A stretch of DNA of 64,000 nt from Candidatus Micrarchaeota archaeon (GTDB lineage: Archaea > Micrarchaeota > Micrarchaeia > Anstonellales > Bilamarchaeaceae), in NCBI GenBank assembly GCA_038046765.1, contig JBBSVN010000005.1:12037-76036 (forward strand), read 5' to 3'. The notes beneath the pieces are model-generated. The model did not search any database. It was not told the DNA's origin and saw nothing but the letters and a program-made list of their open reading frames with translations. Below, in pieces: positions 19,013 to 28,044 of the stretch. The stretch's first letter is position 1. Every line of letters starts with the position of its first letter. A program made the position numbers and the translations under genes.

Positions 19013-19987
19013 CTATTTCCTTCCTTTCGCGCCCTCTCGTACCGCATTAACCATCTGTTTTATCTTATCAACGCTGCTTCCTTTTTCAAATGCTGTTCCA
19101 ACTTGTATTGCATCAGCTCCTGCTGCGATTACGTTTCGTGCTTGTTCAGGCGTTTTTATTCCGCCAGCAACAACATACGGAACGCTAATAAATTTCGAAA
19201 CTGCAGCTACCATTTCTAATGGGATGTGTCCATCTTTTGGGTTACTTCCAGCATCAGTTATAATCATTCTAAATCCCATATACTCTGCTCCCATTGCTAA
19301 AGCCGCAGCGAGCATTGGTTTATCTCTTGGGATTTTATTCGCGTCTCCAACATGTCCAACTGTTCCGCCCGGTTCTACTACGATATAACCTGTTGATAAT
19401 GGTTCGACTCCATATTGCTTTACCATTGGAGCTGCTAACATTTGTGCGCCAGTTATCCAGTACGGATTTCTAGAATTAAGTAATGACATAAAGTAAACTG
19501 CATCTGCGTATTTTGTTACTGTTCCGATATTTCCTGGAAATAAAATTACTGGCACACTAACTTGCGATTTAATCTCTTTTGTAACTACATCGAGCATTTC
19601 GCCTTGAACGCCTGTACTTCCTCCAATTAATATCGCGTCCGTTCCCGCATCGCTTGCGTTTTTAGCGTTCGCTACTGCTTCTTTTAAGCTCGGGTAATCC
19701 ATCGGATCAATTACAGTAAATAATAACCCTCCTTTTTGTTCGATCGATTCGAGAATGTATTTTTCGATTTTTCCCTGATTTATTCCGATTGGTTTAGTTG
19801 CGAGTTTTTTTGTAGAAACAGAAGACGATGCAACGTCTTGCTTTTTCTCGCTACCTGTTTGATCTAACCCATCTTTAAGCATATCATTAATTAGTTGCGA
19901 CATGTTTCGCATTGTTCCGTATTTCTCGATGCTTTTATTAGCGAGAAGTTTATAACTTTCGTCTTCTAGATTGATAGTAGTTCGCAT
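19013..19987 (-). CDS. geranylgeranylglyceryl phosphate synthase (PcrB/GGGPS family) with a ~70-aa N-terminal ribbon-helix-helix-like extension
   Basis: The C-terminal ~250 aa carry LLFTVIDPMDYP, ILIGGSTG and VAGGIKTPEQARNVIAAGADAIQVGTAFE. The N-terminus MRTTINLEDESYKLLANKSIEKYGTMRNMSQLINDMLKDG has the strand-helix-helix pattern of CopG/Arc. Confidence 0.8.
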   Translation of the reverse strand: MRTTINLEDESYKLLANKSIEKYGTMRNMSQLINDMLKDGLDQTGSEKKQDVASSSVSTKKLATKPIGINQGKIEKYILESIEQKGGLLFTVIDPMDYPSLKEAVANAKNASDAGTDAILIGGSTGVQGEMLDVVTKEIKSQVSVPVILFPGNIGTVTKYADAVYFMSLLNSRNPYWITGAQMLAAPMVKQYGVEPLSTGYIVVEPGGTVGHVGDANKIPRDKPMLAAALAMGAEYMGFRMIITDAGSNPKDGHIPLEMVAAVSKFISVPYVVAGGIKTPEQARNVIAAGADAIQVGTAFEKGSSVDKIKQMVNAVREGAKGRK

Positions 19988-20088
19988 GATTTTTCACCGT
20001 TGCACAATGCTCAAAACACAAAGCTCACAGCTCAATGCTTAAACGCATATATGTTTAAGTGTTTACATGCTAAGATTTAAAAAGATAA

Positions 20089-21129
20089 CTATCCAAACCA
20101 ATTTCCAAGTTTACTTTGCGCGCCCTTCTCCTTAACGACTTTTTCAATATCGCTTATTAGTTTCTCAACCCGCTCTAAAGAAAAGTCATGTCGTTCAACT
20201 AATATTTTACTTATCTTATCATGATCCATCTTGCCAAATTCGATCTTAACCTCCCTATTATGCGGGGGGTTAGTAAAAAAATCATAAACTTCATCAATAT
20301 GTTCTTCAAATTCATAGTTATACTTTTGTTTTACATATTCCTTAAGGCCTGAAAAACTACCTACTTCCTTTACTATTTTTAAAGCAGTTTTTGGCCCTAC
20401 TTTTGGTACTCCTGCATTAAAATCAGTTCCAACAAGTAAACCAACGTAAATAAGTTTTTCCTGGTCAATTGCAAGTGATTTAAGAGTTTGTTCAAGTCGT
20501 ATCTCTTCTGGTTCAACTATAATAAATCTGTCCTGGCGCGGAACCTTTCTTTTACCCGTAATATTTATGTTGCGAACTAAAAGTGGCGCTCCAAATAAAA
20601 GTGAATCATAATCTTGTGAAGCTGATGCATATACTTGGTTATTTTTTGCCATCATTGCAGCCTGCGCTTCACCTTCGCTTGGAGCCTGAATATACGGAAT
20701 TCCCATTGCGCTAATTAATTCTTTAGATTCTTCAACCATTTCCTGCGTTAATCTTGATGAAGCCTGTGCAAATTTTTTAGCTCCGGCCATATCTCCTTCT
20801 TCAAGCGCTTTTTTCCATTTCCCTTCTGCTTCTAACCTATTTTTAGCTCGTTCATCACGCGTGCCTTTTTTAAATTTAGGGGCTACTCCATCAAAAACAT
20901 AAACCAGTTTTATCCCGTTTTCTATTAATCTGGAGTTTCTAAAAAATAGCCCTGAAAGATGCGATGTAATATTTCCTTTAAAATCAGTTAATGGATTTCC
21001 ATCTTCCTGCCTGATACTTGCTAAAAATTGATAAATCGTATTAAATGCATCAACAGCAAGAACCTTACCAGATAATGATTGGAGTGTTACTGTATTTTTT
21101 ACTGCTAAATCGCCTAGATCTACTCCCAT
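20089..21129 (-). CDS. fen: flap endonuclease 1
   Basis: MGVDLGDL, AVDAFNTIYQFL, APSEGEAQAA, SQDYDSLLFGAP, GTDFN and a C-terminal PIP-like QSKLGNWF. Confidence 0.9.
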   Translation of the reverse strand: MGVDLGDLAVKNTVTLQSLSGKVLAVDAFNTIYQFLASIRQEDGNPLTDFKGNITSHLSGLFFRNSRLIENGIKLVYVFDGVAPKFKKGTRDERAKNRLEAEGKWKKALEEGDMAGAKKFAQASSRLTQEMVEESKELISAMGIPYIQAPSEGEAQAAMMAKNNQVYASASQDYDSLLFGAPLLVRNINITGKRKVPRQDRFIIVEPEEIRLEQTLKSLAIDQEKLIYVGLLVGTDFNAGVPKVGPKTALKIVKEVGSFSGLKEYVKQKYNYEFEEHIDEVYDFFTNPPHNREVKIEFGKMDHDKISKILVERHDFSLERVEKLISDIEKVVKEKGAQSKLGNWFG

Positions 21130-21158
21130 ATAAAAACCAGATTATTTCCTAAGTTAAT

Positions 21159-21641
21159 CTACTTCTTCTTTTTATCTGATTTTAATAAGTCTTCAAGTGT
21201 TGGTAGTACAAATTCTTTTTTAAGACTTCCTTGTTGCTCGTATCGTGTTCGCTCAACAAGCGTAACGTGTAATACTTTTTCCAGTTTTCTTGCAATAGTA
21301 AGTGAGGGCGTTAATTGTCCCTTTTCAATTTTTTCTAAATAGTGTGCCTGCTCCCTTAACCTAGTTGCCAAATCCCCAATACTCATCTGTGCTCTAGTTC
21401 TTGCATCTCTTATTATCTTAGGTGCATCTTCTATAATTTCTTCTACAATCTCATTTGAAGTATACGCTGGTGTTTGTATAATGTCTCCTTCTTCTTTCCC
21501 AAGTTTTCCAATAACGCTTCCAAATCTTGAACAATTTGCGCAAGCAGAAACTTTAGCGCCTTCTATTATTGCGAGGTTAAATGCGTCATTTTTTCCGCAA
21601 ATCTCACAGACAGGTTTTGCTACGTAATTAGTCTTCGTCAT
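21159..21641 (-). CDS. mbf1: archaeal multiprotein bridging factor 1 (Zn-ribbon plus Cro/C1 HTH)
   Basis: N-terminal CEICG...CANC zinc ribbon and a C-terminal HTH (MSIGDLATRLREQAHYLEKIEKGQLTP). Confidence 0.8.
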   Translation of the reverse strand: MTKTNYVAKPVCEICGKNDAFNLAIIEGAKVSACANCSRFGSVIGKLGKEEGDIIQTPAYTSNEIVEEIIEDAPKIIRDARTRAQMSIGDLATRLREQAHYLEKIEKGQLTPSLTIARKLEKVLHVTLVERTRYEQQGSLKKEFVLPTLEDLLKSDKKKK

Positions 21642-21721
21642 AAAAATTCGACCTTTATCGTTGTATGTCCTATAATATTCTAGAATATTCTAAATATTAA
21701 TCAGGGCTAGAATTTTTATTT

Positions 21722-23113
21722 ATGCACCTTCCATATAATGCTATGAAATATCTACCTGTATTTATATTGCTCTGCGTTTTGATCTTTTTTGCGATCTTAC
21801 AATCGGACCTATCTGGCCTTTATAAATTTATTATAATTTTTATAGAAATGGCTGCAGTAAGTCAAATTTTAATTAATAAATATGGTTTTAAGGGCGAAAT
21901 GGGTCTTGTACTTTTAAAAAGTAAAAAAGGTCTGGGTATTATTGAATCTCTTTCCAAGTACGAAAAATTCTGGAAAACATTTGCTGATTTGGGGATGGTT
22001 CTATCTTACGGGGCTTTAAGCTGGTTTTTCATGAAAAGAAAACTTGACTGGAAAATAATTCTATTTGGTTTTATTCTCTTGGCTGCGCTTGCGTTTGTTA
22101 TTGCTCCACTAGCACTAACTTATATTTCAACAGTAATTAAGGGAGGTTCAATTACTCCAACATCAAATGCTGCACCTGGTTTAAGTGCTGTTGCGATTGT
22201 TTATATTTTGCTACTTTTTGCTGGAGGAATGTTTGCAGTTATGTTAGCTAGTATCCTGCTTTATGGTGTTTCAATTTTGCAGGCACTAATAAGTACTTTA
22301 ATTTATGGTACTGGTGCTATTTATTCTACAAAACCCGGTGCAACGCTTTTATTACCCGGTATAAATCTTCCACTTCTTGAAGGAATACTTGCGTTATTTG
22401 TAATATTAGTCGTCCACGAAGCGTGTCATGCGATTCTAGCAAGAATTGCAAAGATAAAAGTTCTTTCATCTGGAATTGTTCTATTTGGTATTATTCCTAT
22501 CGGTGCATTTGTAGAACCTGATGAACAAGAACTCAAAAAAACCGAAGATATAAAACAAAGTAGAGTTATTGTAGCCGGTTCAACTGCAAATTTAATTTCG
22601 TGTATTTTATTCTTTATCCTTTTCCTTGGATTTTTCTCTGTTACAGGTAATTATCGTGAACAAGGGTTATGGGTTATATCTGGGTTAGGAGATAAAGATA
22701 CTGTTATATATCAAATTGATCAGACAAAAATTGATATTGACAAAATTGATATAAAAAACTTAAACTTAAATCTACCTAAAAGTTCAGATGTTACGTTGTA
22801 CACAAATAAAGGAACAATTGTTAAAAAGACTGATGAAAACGGCAAACTGGGCGTTAACCTGATCTTACTTACAAAAGATTCGCTTTTTGGATTATACAAT
22901 AATATCTTTTTGCAAGCAATCTACACTTTCTTAGGTCTTTGTTTTGCACTTAATTTTGTGATCGGTTCAGTAAATATTTTGCCAGTACCGCTTTTTGATG
23001 GTTACCGGATAATTGATATAAACATTAAACACAAGGCCATTGTAACTGGATTGATGTACATTACGATTGCAGCGTTTTTAACAAATATACTTCCGATATT
23101 GTTTGTACGTTAA
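21722..23113 (+). CDS. M50 family site-2 protease-like membrane metalloprotease
   Basis: Polytopic membrane protein with HEACHAILA (HExxH) inside a TM segment and a distal LPVPLFDG motif. An inserted soluble (PDZ-like) region lies between them. Confidence 0.75.
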   Translation: MHLPYNAMKYLPVFILLCVLIFFAILQSDLSGLYKFIIIFIEMAAVSQILINKYGFKGEMGLVLLKSKKGLGIIESLSKYEKFWKTFADLGMVLSYGALSWFFMKRKLDWKIILFGFILLAALAFVIAPLALTYISTVIKGGSITPTSNAAPGLSAVAIVYILLLFAGGMFAVMLASILLYGVSILQALISTLIYGTGAIYSTKPGATLLLPGINLPLLEGILALFVILVVHEACHAILARIAKIKVLSSGIVLFGIIPIGAFVEPDEQELKKTEDIKQSRVIVAGSTANLISCILFFILFLGFFSVTGNYREQGLWVISGLGDKDTVIYQIDQTKIDIDKIDIKNLNLNLPKSSDVTLYTNKGTIVKKTDENGKLGVNLILLTKDSLFGLYNNIFLQAIYTFLGLCFALNFVIGSVNILPVPLFDGYRIIDINIKHKAIVTGLMYITIAAFLTNILPILFVR

Positions 23114-23253
23114 TTTTTTTGTTTTTATCAACCGATAAAAAGACAGTGAATAAACTTCTCTGGATTTTTTATTCATTCTTATTTTCTAGAATTAGTAATA
23201 ATAACTAAAACATTCAATTGACCCGATCATAAGTAAATTAGTATATAAAAGTT

Positions 23254-23428
23254 TGCCGAAGGTGGAATTTGAATCCACGGCCTCTCGATTTCTCCAAGTG
23301 CTACAAAATATCATTGACAATATTGTCTCAGCACTCATCTTATTTCATATGAGTCGAGCACTCTAAAACCAAGTTGCTCTAGCTTCCTCCAATTAAATTT
23401 TAGAAGAAGATATCTGAGCTACTTCGGC
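23254..23428 (-). tRNA. elongator-type tRNA (anticodon CAT: Met or Ile2) with two introns (D-loop, 41 nt; 37/38, 58 nt)
   Basis: Hand fold of a 175-nt gene giving 76 nt mature:
- acceptor GCCGAAG/CTTCGGC plus A;
- D-arm GCTC-AG[intron]TTGGTTTTA-GAGT;
- anticodon arm CTCGA-CT CAT A[intron]A-TCGAG;
- T-arm GTGGA-TTCAAAT-TCCAC.
No CCA is encoded. Confidence 0.7.
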
Positions 23429-23643
23429 ATAAGTATAAACTTAGTATCTACAGAAGCAGCAGCTTCTGGAGAGACAGTGAACTTGTTCACTGGATAAACA
23501 CTCCTTACTAAGAAAAAAGTGCATTTTCTAGTTACAGACCTGTAGGGCAATGTGCATATATTTTTCTATTCGCATTGCCAGTCGGTTCTATACTCCTATA
23601 AAATAGTTCAAAACACAGAACTCAAAACAGAGAATTATAAAAA

Positions 23644-23778
23644 TGCCACAGGCCTGATTTGAACAAGCGACCCCACCGTTTCTGCTCATTTTGGGAGTAC
23701 TTCAGCTTCACAGTTTCTTTTAGTTAAATAAATTTCTAAAAGAAACAGGTGTGCTCTCCCAGGCTGAGCTACTGTGGC
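23644..23778 (-). tRNA. tRNA-Phe (anticodon GAA) with two introns (30/31, 41 nt; 37/38, 20 nt)
   Basis: Hand fold of a 135-nt gene giving 74 nt mature:
- acceptor GCCACAG/CTGTGGC plus A;
- D-arm GCTC-AGCCTGGGA-GAGC;
- anticodon stem CACC[intron]G / CGGTG with loop CT-GAA-G[intron]A;
- T-arm GCTTG-TTCAAAT-CAGGC.
Intron 1 is itself an 11-bp hairpin (gtttcttttag/ctaaaagaaac). Confidence 0.75.
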
Positions 23779-23900
23779 ATTAGTAGAACAAACTATGAAG
23801 GAATATTAATAAAAAGCGTTGGGTTGCAAACTTTGGATTTTTTAAGTTAATACAGTATAACCAATAACCTTAAATTACCATTCTATCACATTTAGTTACA

Positions 23901-24163
23901 GTGAGGAGTAGGAAACTACGTTGCTGCAAAGCAATGAGGAAGTTCTGCCCACGATGAAGGTTTTGGCTCTAAGGGCTAGCAAGATTCAACAGAAACGAAC
24001 CAGACTCTGGATGAAACGGGTTTCTTGTAATCTAATGAACGTGCAAGGTCTCTGGACCGCTTCTTAAAATCCGCAAGGATTTTCAAGAGCTCTTGAAACG
24101 GTAACGTTTCAAGGGATAGTCTAATGTTTTCTTAAAAAACAGAAGGCAGACTATACTTCTCAC
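23901..24163 (+). ncRNA. rnpB: RNase P RNA (compact archaeal form)
   Basis: The terminal helix is gtgaggagta/tacttctcac. Conserved-region look-alikes occur in the correct order: GAGGAAGUUCUGCC (CR-I), ACAGAAACGAAC, GAUGAAACGG and ACAGAAGGCAGACUAUA (CR-V). The segment is GC-richer than its surroundings. Confidence 0.7.
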
Positions 24164-24247
24164 AACTTTTATTCTATTTGTTTTTTCCACTAATCTTTAA
24201 TTTAGACAACTATATGCTTTAAAAAGTGTTATATACTATATTATCTT

Positions 24248-25615
24248 ATGGGTAAATTACTTTTAGAACATATTCTTAATTTAGAACAATTGCCGGATGA
24301 TGCTAAAGAAAGAATACTATCTAGGGTAGTTGCTACTGGTAGTGTCGATAAGTTAGTTGACGCACTCAAAAGAGTTTATGTTACTCTCTCAAACTATGAA
24401 TTTCAATCTACCAAAAGTTTGGTTGTAGAAGAACAAATTGTATATCTGACCGGAGTCACTTATCAGATTTTTGATGCATTACATAAAATCGATCCAAAAA
24501 ATTTCCAAAAAATGGATATTCTTTGCATTGCAAAAGCAATAGTTACTCTATACCCAGTTATAAATATGGATTCGGGCGCAAACGAAAAATCATATATTTT
24601 GCATGATTCTCTTACTTATCTGTTTGGGTTAGTTGCCAAGTTAGATAATGGGCCAAATGAACCAAGTAAATGTAAAATTGATCGTTTAAGTGATATTCCT
24701 GAAGTTGTTAATTCCCTACAAGAAAGTATTCTGTTTGTAGAAGATGAATACGACAAACTCCTTATTCTTCGAGACCTAATACAAAAAATTGCAGATACTG
24801 CTCAAAGTGAATTAAAAACAAGGAAAGAAAAATTATCTAAAGAAGAATACTTAATCGAGCTTAAAATGCTATTCGCCATAAACAGAGCCGTATTAGAATT
24901 TAGAGATTTAGTTACAAGTGCAATGGTTTCTATTGAATCTGCACTAAGTGAATATGTTTCGCAAGGCGATTTTGCGGCTGCATTTAAACTGGCTAAAAAG
25001 ATGGAAACCAGTTTTGCTAAAGCTGATGGTTCTTATATTCCTGACACTCCCATTAACCCTACAGATCATGTTTTAGATTTGATTGTACGACAAAGAAATG
25101 CTCTTTTATTTGAATCAGGAATAGTGTACTCTGGAATCAATTCGCTTGTCGAACTATTAGAACAGCAAGCAATACATGAACACGCCAATCATTCATCAAA
25201 AAAATCCCAGCTTGAATTACTAATTCCTATTGGGAGTGGCTTAGATATTCCAACTAAGATTTCATTATTAAAAAAATTAGCTGAATCCGCTCATAGCGAA
25301 GAAGTACTTCGTGCGTTAGATAAAATTGATCTGACAGCTAGCAGGGATAAGGTATTAGTTAGTTCAAAATCAGATAATACTCAAACAAGTGCGTTCGAAC
25401 CGATTGTGTTGAGAGCTGTTATTGATGCAAAAGAACAACTTCTAGGTAACATCCAACTATCAGATCAATTATTTGAAATTCCTCAAATCGTTCGCGCGGT
25501 TAGAGTTACGCATCAAACTATTACTTCAAGACCGCCTCCAATACCTGGTTCTGAATCAAGACCAACTATTCAAGCACCTAATGGCGAAAGAAAACCAAAA
25601 GTTTTGCGTGCTTAG
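24248..25615 (+). CDS. hypothetical protein (predicted all-helical, Pro-rich C-terminal tail)
   Basis: Track ORF of 455 aa. I recognise no family, TM segment or signal peptide. Confidence 0.45.
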   Translation: MGKLLLEHILNLEQLPDDAKERILSRVVATGSVDKLVDALKRVYVTLSNYEFQSTKSLVVEEQIVYLTGVTYQIFDALHKIDPKNFQKMDILCIAKAIVTLYPVINMDSGANEKSYILHDSLTYLFGLVAKLDNGPNEPSKCKIDRLSDIPEVVNSLQESILFVEDEYDKLLILRDLIQKIADTAQSELKTRKEKLSKEEYLIELKMLFAINRAVLEFRDLVTSAMVSIESALSEYVSQGDFAAAFKLAKKMETSFAKADGSYIPDTPINPTDHVLDLIVRQRNALLFESGIVYSGINSLVELLEQQAIHEHANHSSKKSQLELLIPIGSGLDIPTKISLLKKLAESAHSEEVLRALDKIDLTASRDKVLVSSKSDNTQTSAFEPIVLRAVIDAKEQLLGNIQLSDQLFEIPQIVRAVRVTHQTITSRPPPIPGSESRPTIQAPNGERKPKVLRA

Positions 25616-25619
25616 TATG

Positions 25620-25784
25620 TTAAAGCTTGAATCGTTTTCTTTTACATTCCGGGCAAATCCCTGTTTTCCTGGTTCTTCTTAGGTACACAACAATTTCTTC
25701 AGGCATGTCATGCATGCCAGCAAAAGCATAACTTTTAAATTGAAAACTACCCATTAGAAACTGTCTAGGTTTGATAAAGTTCAT
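25620..25784 (-). CDS. possible 54-aa basic small protein (CPEC motif)
   Basis: Own translation: MNFIKPRQFLMGSFQFKSYAFAGMHDMPEEIVVYLRRTRKTGICPECKRKRFKL. Only a weak GGTG lies 11 nt upstream. It fills an otherwise empty 250-nt gap. Confidence 0.25.
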   Translation of the reverse strand: MNFIKPRQFLMGSFQFKSYAFAGMHDMPEEIVVYLRRTRKTGICPECKRKRFKL

Positions 25785-25869
25785 ATTTGGTTTACACCGA
25801 ATATGATTTTATCATTTTTCTATCCCAAACTGGGAGAAGCGCCGGAATTTATTATGTTGGTTGAATTAA

Positions 25870-26391
25870 ATGAAACCCGCTTCGATATTCAAATCCGAAA
25901 GAAATAATTTTTCTTTAATCAAATCTCTTGGCTGGTTGTTTATTCTACTTTTCGCCATTTCAATAATTAGTGCGCTAACTGCTATCGATTATAATATGTT
26001 TATTAATCCAATATTTATGTTGTCGATTATTTTTTTACTATATTTCATATATCCCCTGTTAAAAATATTAAATTCTGACACGGTCTGTTTTGAATTGTTT
26101 GAAGATAAAATAAACTTCTATAAAGAGTCAGGTAGATACGAAATATTTAGTATGAATCAACTTGAATCTGTAAATCTTTTGGATCCCAGTATATTTCGAG
26201 TCAAATCTGTACATACTGGAAGACTATTAGATTTCAACTTAAAAAATAAAATAAATACATTTATCTTTAATGACAACCCTGAAACTTTTATAACTACGCT
26301 AAAAAATCTGGGATTTGAAGAAAAGAAAGGAAATTTTCTGGAAAATATTTTGTATCGAAAAAGGTTTTTTAAGAAATCCAGAATAAACTGA
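25870..26391 (+). CDS. hypothetical membrane protein (2 TM plus a soluble C-terminal domain)
   Basis: Track ORF with two N-terminal hydrophobic segments. Confidence 0.4.
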   Translation: MKPASIFKSERNNFSLIKSLGWLFILLFAISIISALTAIDYNMFINPIFMLSIIFLLYFIYPLLKILNSDTVCFELFEDKINFYKESGRYEIFSMNQLESVNLLDPSIFRVKSVHTGRLLDFNLKNKINTFIFNDNPETFITTLKNLGFEEKKGNFLENILYRKRFFKKSRIN

Positions 26392-26488
26392 TTGGTAACT
26401 TCTCCAAGACAATTTAATGCAATTGGGGAAATGGACGAATATCTAGCTTCTAAATAATTCGTTTCGTATTCTAATTAACTTTCAATAC

Positions 26489-27811
26489 CTAATTCATCTT
26501 CAATCCAGCCATATTTCCGCCTTTCATCATCTTCTCAATTTGTGATCGGAATCCTCGATTCTTTCTAAACATGTTCATCATCTTTTCAATCTTTTCAAAC
26601 TGTGCTAGGAATTCTCGTACGTCTTTTTCGCCCGTCCCGCTTCCCTTAGCAATTCTCGCAACACGAGTTGGCTGTTTCTTTAAAAGTGCGGCATCTTTCT
26701 TCTCCTTTTTAGTCATAGAATTAATCATTGCTTCGTATTTTTTCATTTTTCCTTCGCTTTGTTGAACTACGTCTTTTGGCAAATCGCTAACTCCGAGCAT
26801 TCCCATTACATTTCCTAATGGTCCTAGTTTCTTAGCTGCCTTTAGTTGTTGATAAAAAGTTTCGATCGTAAGTTCTTCGGATTCGATATTCTTTAGGTTT
26901 TCTTCTTTTGCGATTTTTTGTATTTTTTCCATTAAGGCCCCGATATCCGGAACTCCTAATAATTTTCCAACAAATTTTTCAGAATTATAAATTTCAAAAT
27001 CTTCAACTTTTTCTCCAGTTCCAATGAATGCGACTTTCGCTTCGGTTGCGCCAACTGCGCTTAAAGCTCCACCTCCTTTTCCGCTTCCATCCATCTTAGT
27101 AACGATTACTCCGCTTAGTTTTGCGATTTTGTTAAATTCCTCTGCCTGTTTACTTGCAATTTGTCCAATGTCACCACTAATAACAAGGTAGACTTCTTCT
27201 GGCTCAAGTACATCGTTAATTTTTTGTAGTTCGCTAGCTAAATCGTTATCAAACGCACTTCGACCTGCGCTATCAACAATTATTACATCGCTTTTAAGAG
27301 TTTTGATTCCGCGTTCAACAATTTTTGAAGCATTTTTCTCATCCTTGATAGTGAAGAATTCAACATTAGATTTCTTTGCTAACTGTTCCAATTGTTCTTG
27401 CGCAGCAGGTCTATCAACGTCGGCAGCAATAACTCCCGCACTTAGGCCTCGACCTTTATAGAAATTAGCTAGTTTGTTAACGCTCGTAGTTTTACCAGAA
27501 CCAAACAAACCGCAAATAAGTACTTTGTGTTTATCCATTCTTGGGGTGTAACTCGTTCCCATTAGGTTTACAAGTTCTTCGTACACAACTTTTAGTACGT
27601 GTTCCTTCAAACTAAGCGCCTGCATTTTATCTGTTTTTAGGCTTCTCTCTTCAATTCGTTTTGATAAAGCTAAAACTAGTTTTACGTTTACATCGCTTGA
27701 AATTAATACGCGTTGTAAGTCTTTAATCAAAGCTCGCACTGCTTCTTCATCAACGTAAGCTTTGCCGCTTAATTTGGCAAGCGTTTCGCGTAATCCTTTA
27801 CCTAGATCCAT
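26489..27811 (-). CDS. srp54: signal recognition particle protein SRP54
   Basis: GLFGSGKTT, DVDRPAA, DSAGR, TKMDGSGKGG and a Met-rich C-terminal M domain. Confidence 0.9.
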   Translation of the reverse strand: MDLGKGLRETLAKLSGKAYVDEEAVRALIKDLQRVLISSDVNVKLVLALSKRIEERSLKTDKMQALSLKEHVLKVVYEELVNLMGTSYTPRMDKHKVLICGLFGSGKTTSVNKLANFYKGRGLSAGVIAADVDRPAAQEQLEQLAKKSNVEFFTIKDEKNASKIVERGIKTLKSDVIIVDSAGRSAFDNDLASELQKINDVLEPEEVYLVISGDIGQIASKQAEEFNKIAKLSGVIVTKMDGSGKGGGALSAVGATEAKVAFIGTGEKVEDFEIYNSEKFVGKLLGVPDIGALMEKIQKIAKEENLKNIESEELTIETFYQQLKAAKKLGPLGNVMGMLGVSDLPKDVVQQSEGKMKKYEAMINSMTKKEKKDAALLKKQPTRVARIAKGSGTGEKDVREFLAQFEKIEKMMNMFRKNRGFRSQIEKMMKGGNMAGLKMN

Positions 27812-28044
27812 TATTATCTACTCGTTACATATAACTTTTCTTATATCTTCTCGCGCGTCATTTTAAGTATCAATCGCAATTCGACCATGCACATTTGAAT
27901 TTTTTATTGCATGGTCAGTCGAACATTAATATTTGTTTGTAAAATGTATAAACTTACTTAACTTTCTAATTATTTTCGACGTTTATGAAGAATATTAATA
28001 TGTAAAACTAGTTTAAAATCTAAGCTTTGCACCAAAAGTGTGGA

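Noticed and set aside
19990-20050. Recurrent TTGAGC / TTTTGAG motifs (also at 42565-42600 and 23605-23640)
   Set aside because: They are short, degenerate and always sit in T-rich regions downstream of minus-strand genes. They are most simply explained as terminator-proximal T-rich sequence, and I cannot show enrichment without counting genome-wide.
27881-27922. Inverted repeat gaccatgca...tgcatggtc upstream of srp54
   Set aside because: It is a single 9-bp-arm repeat with no second copy or phasing. It may be a regulatory site, but the evidence is too weak to report as a feature.
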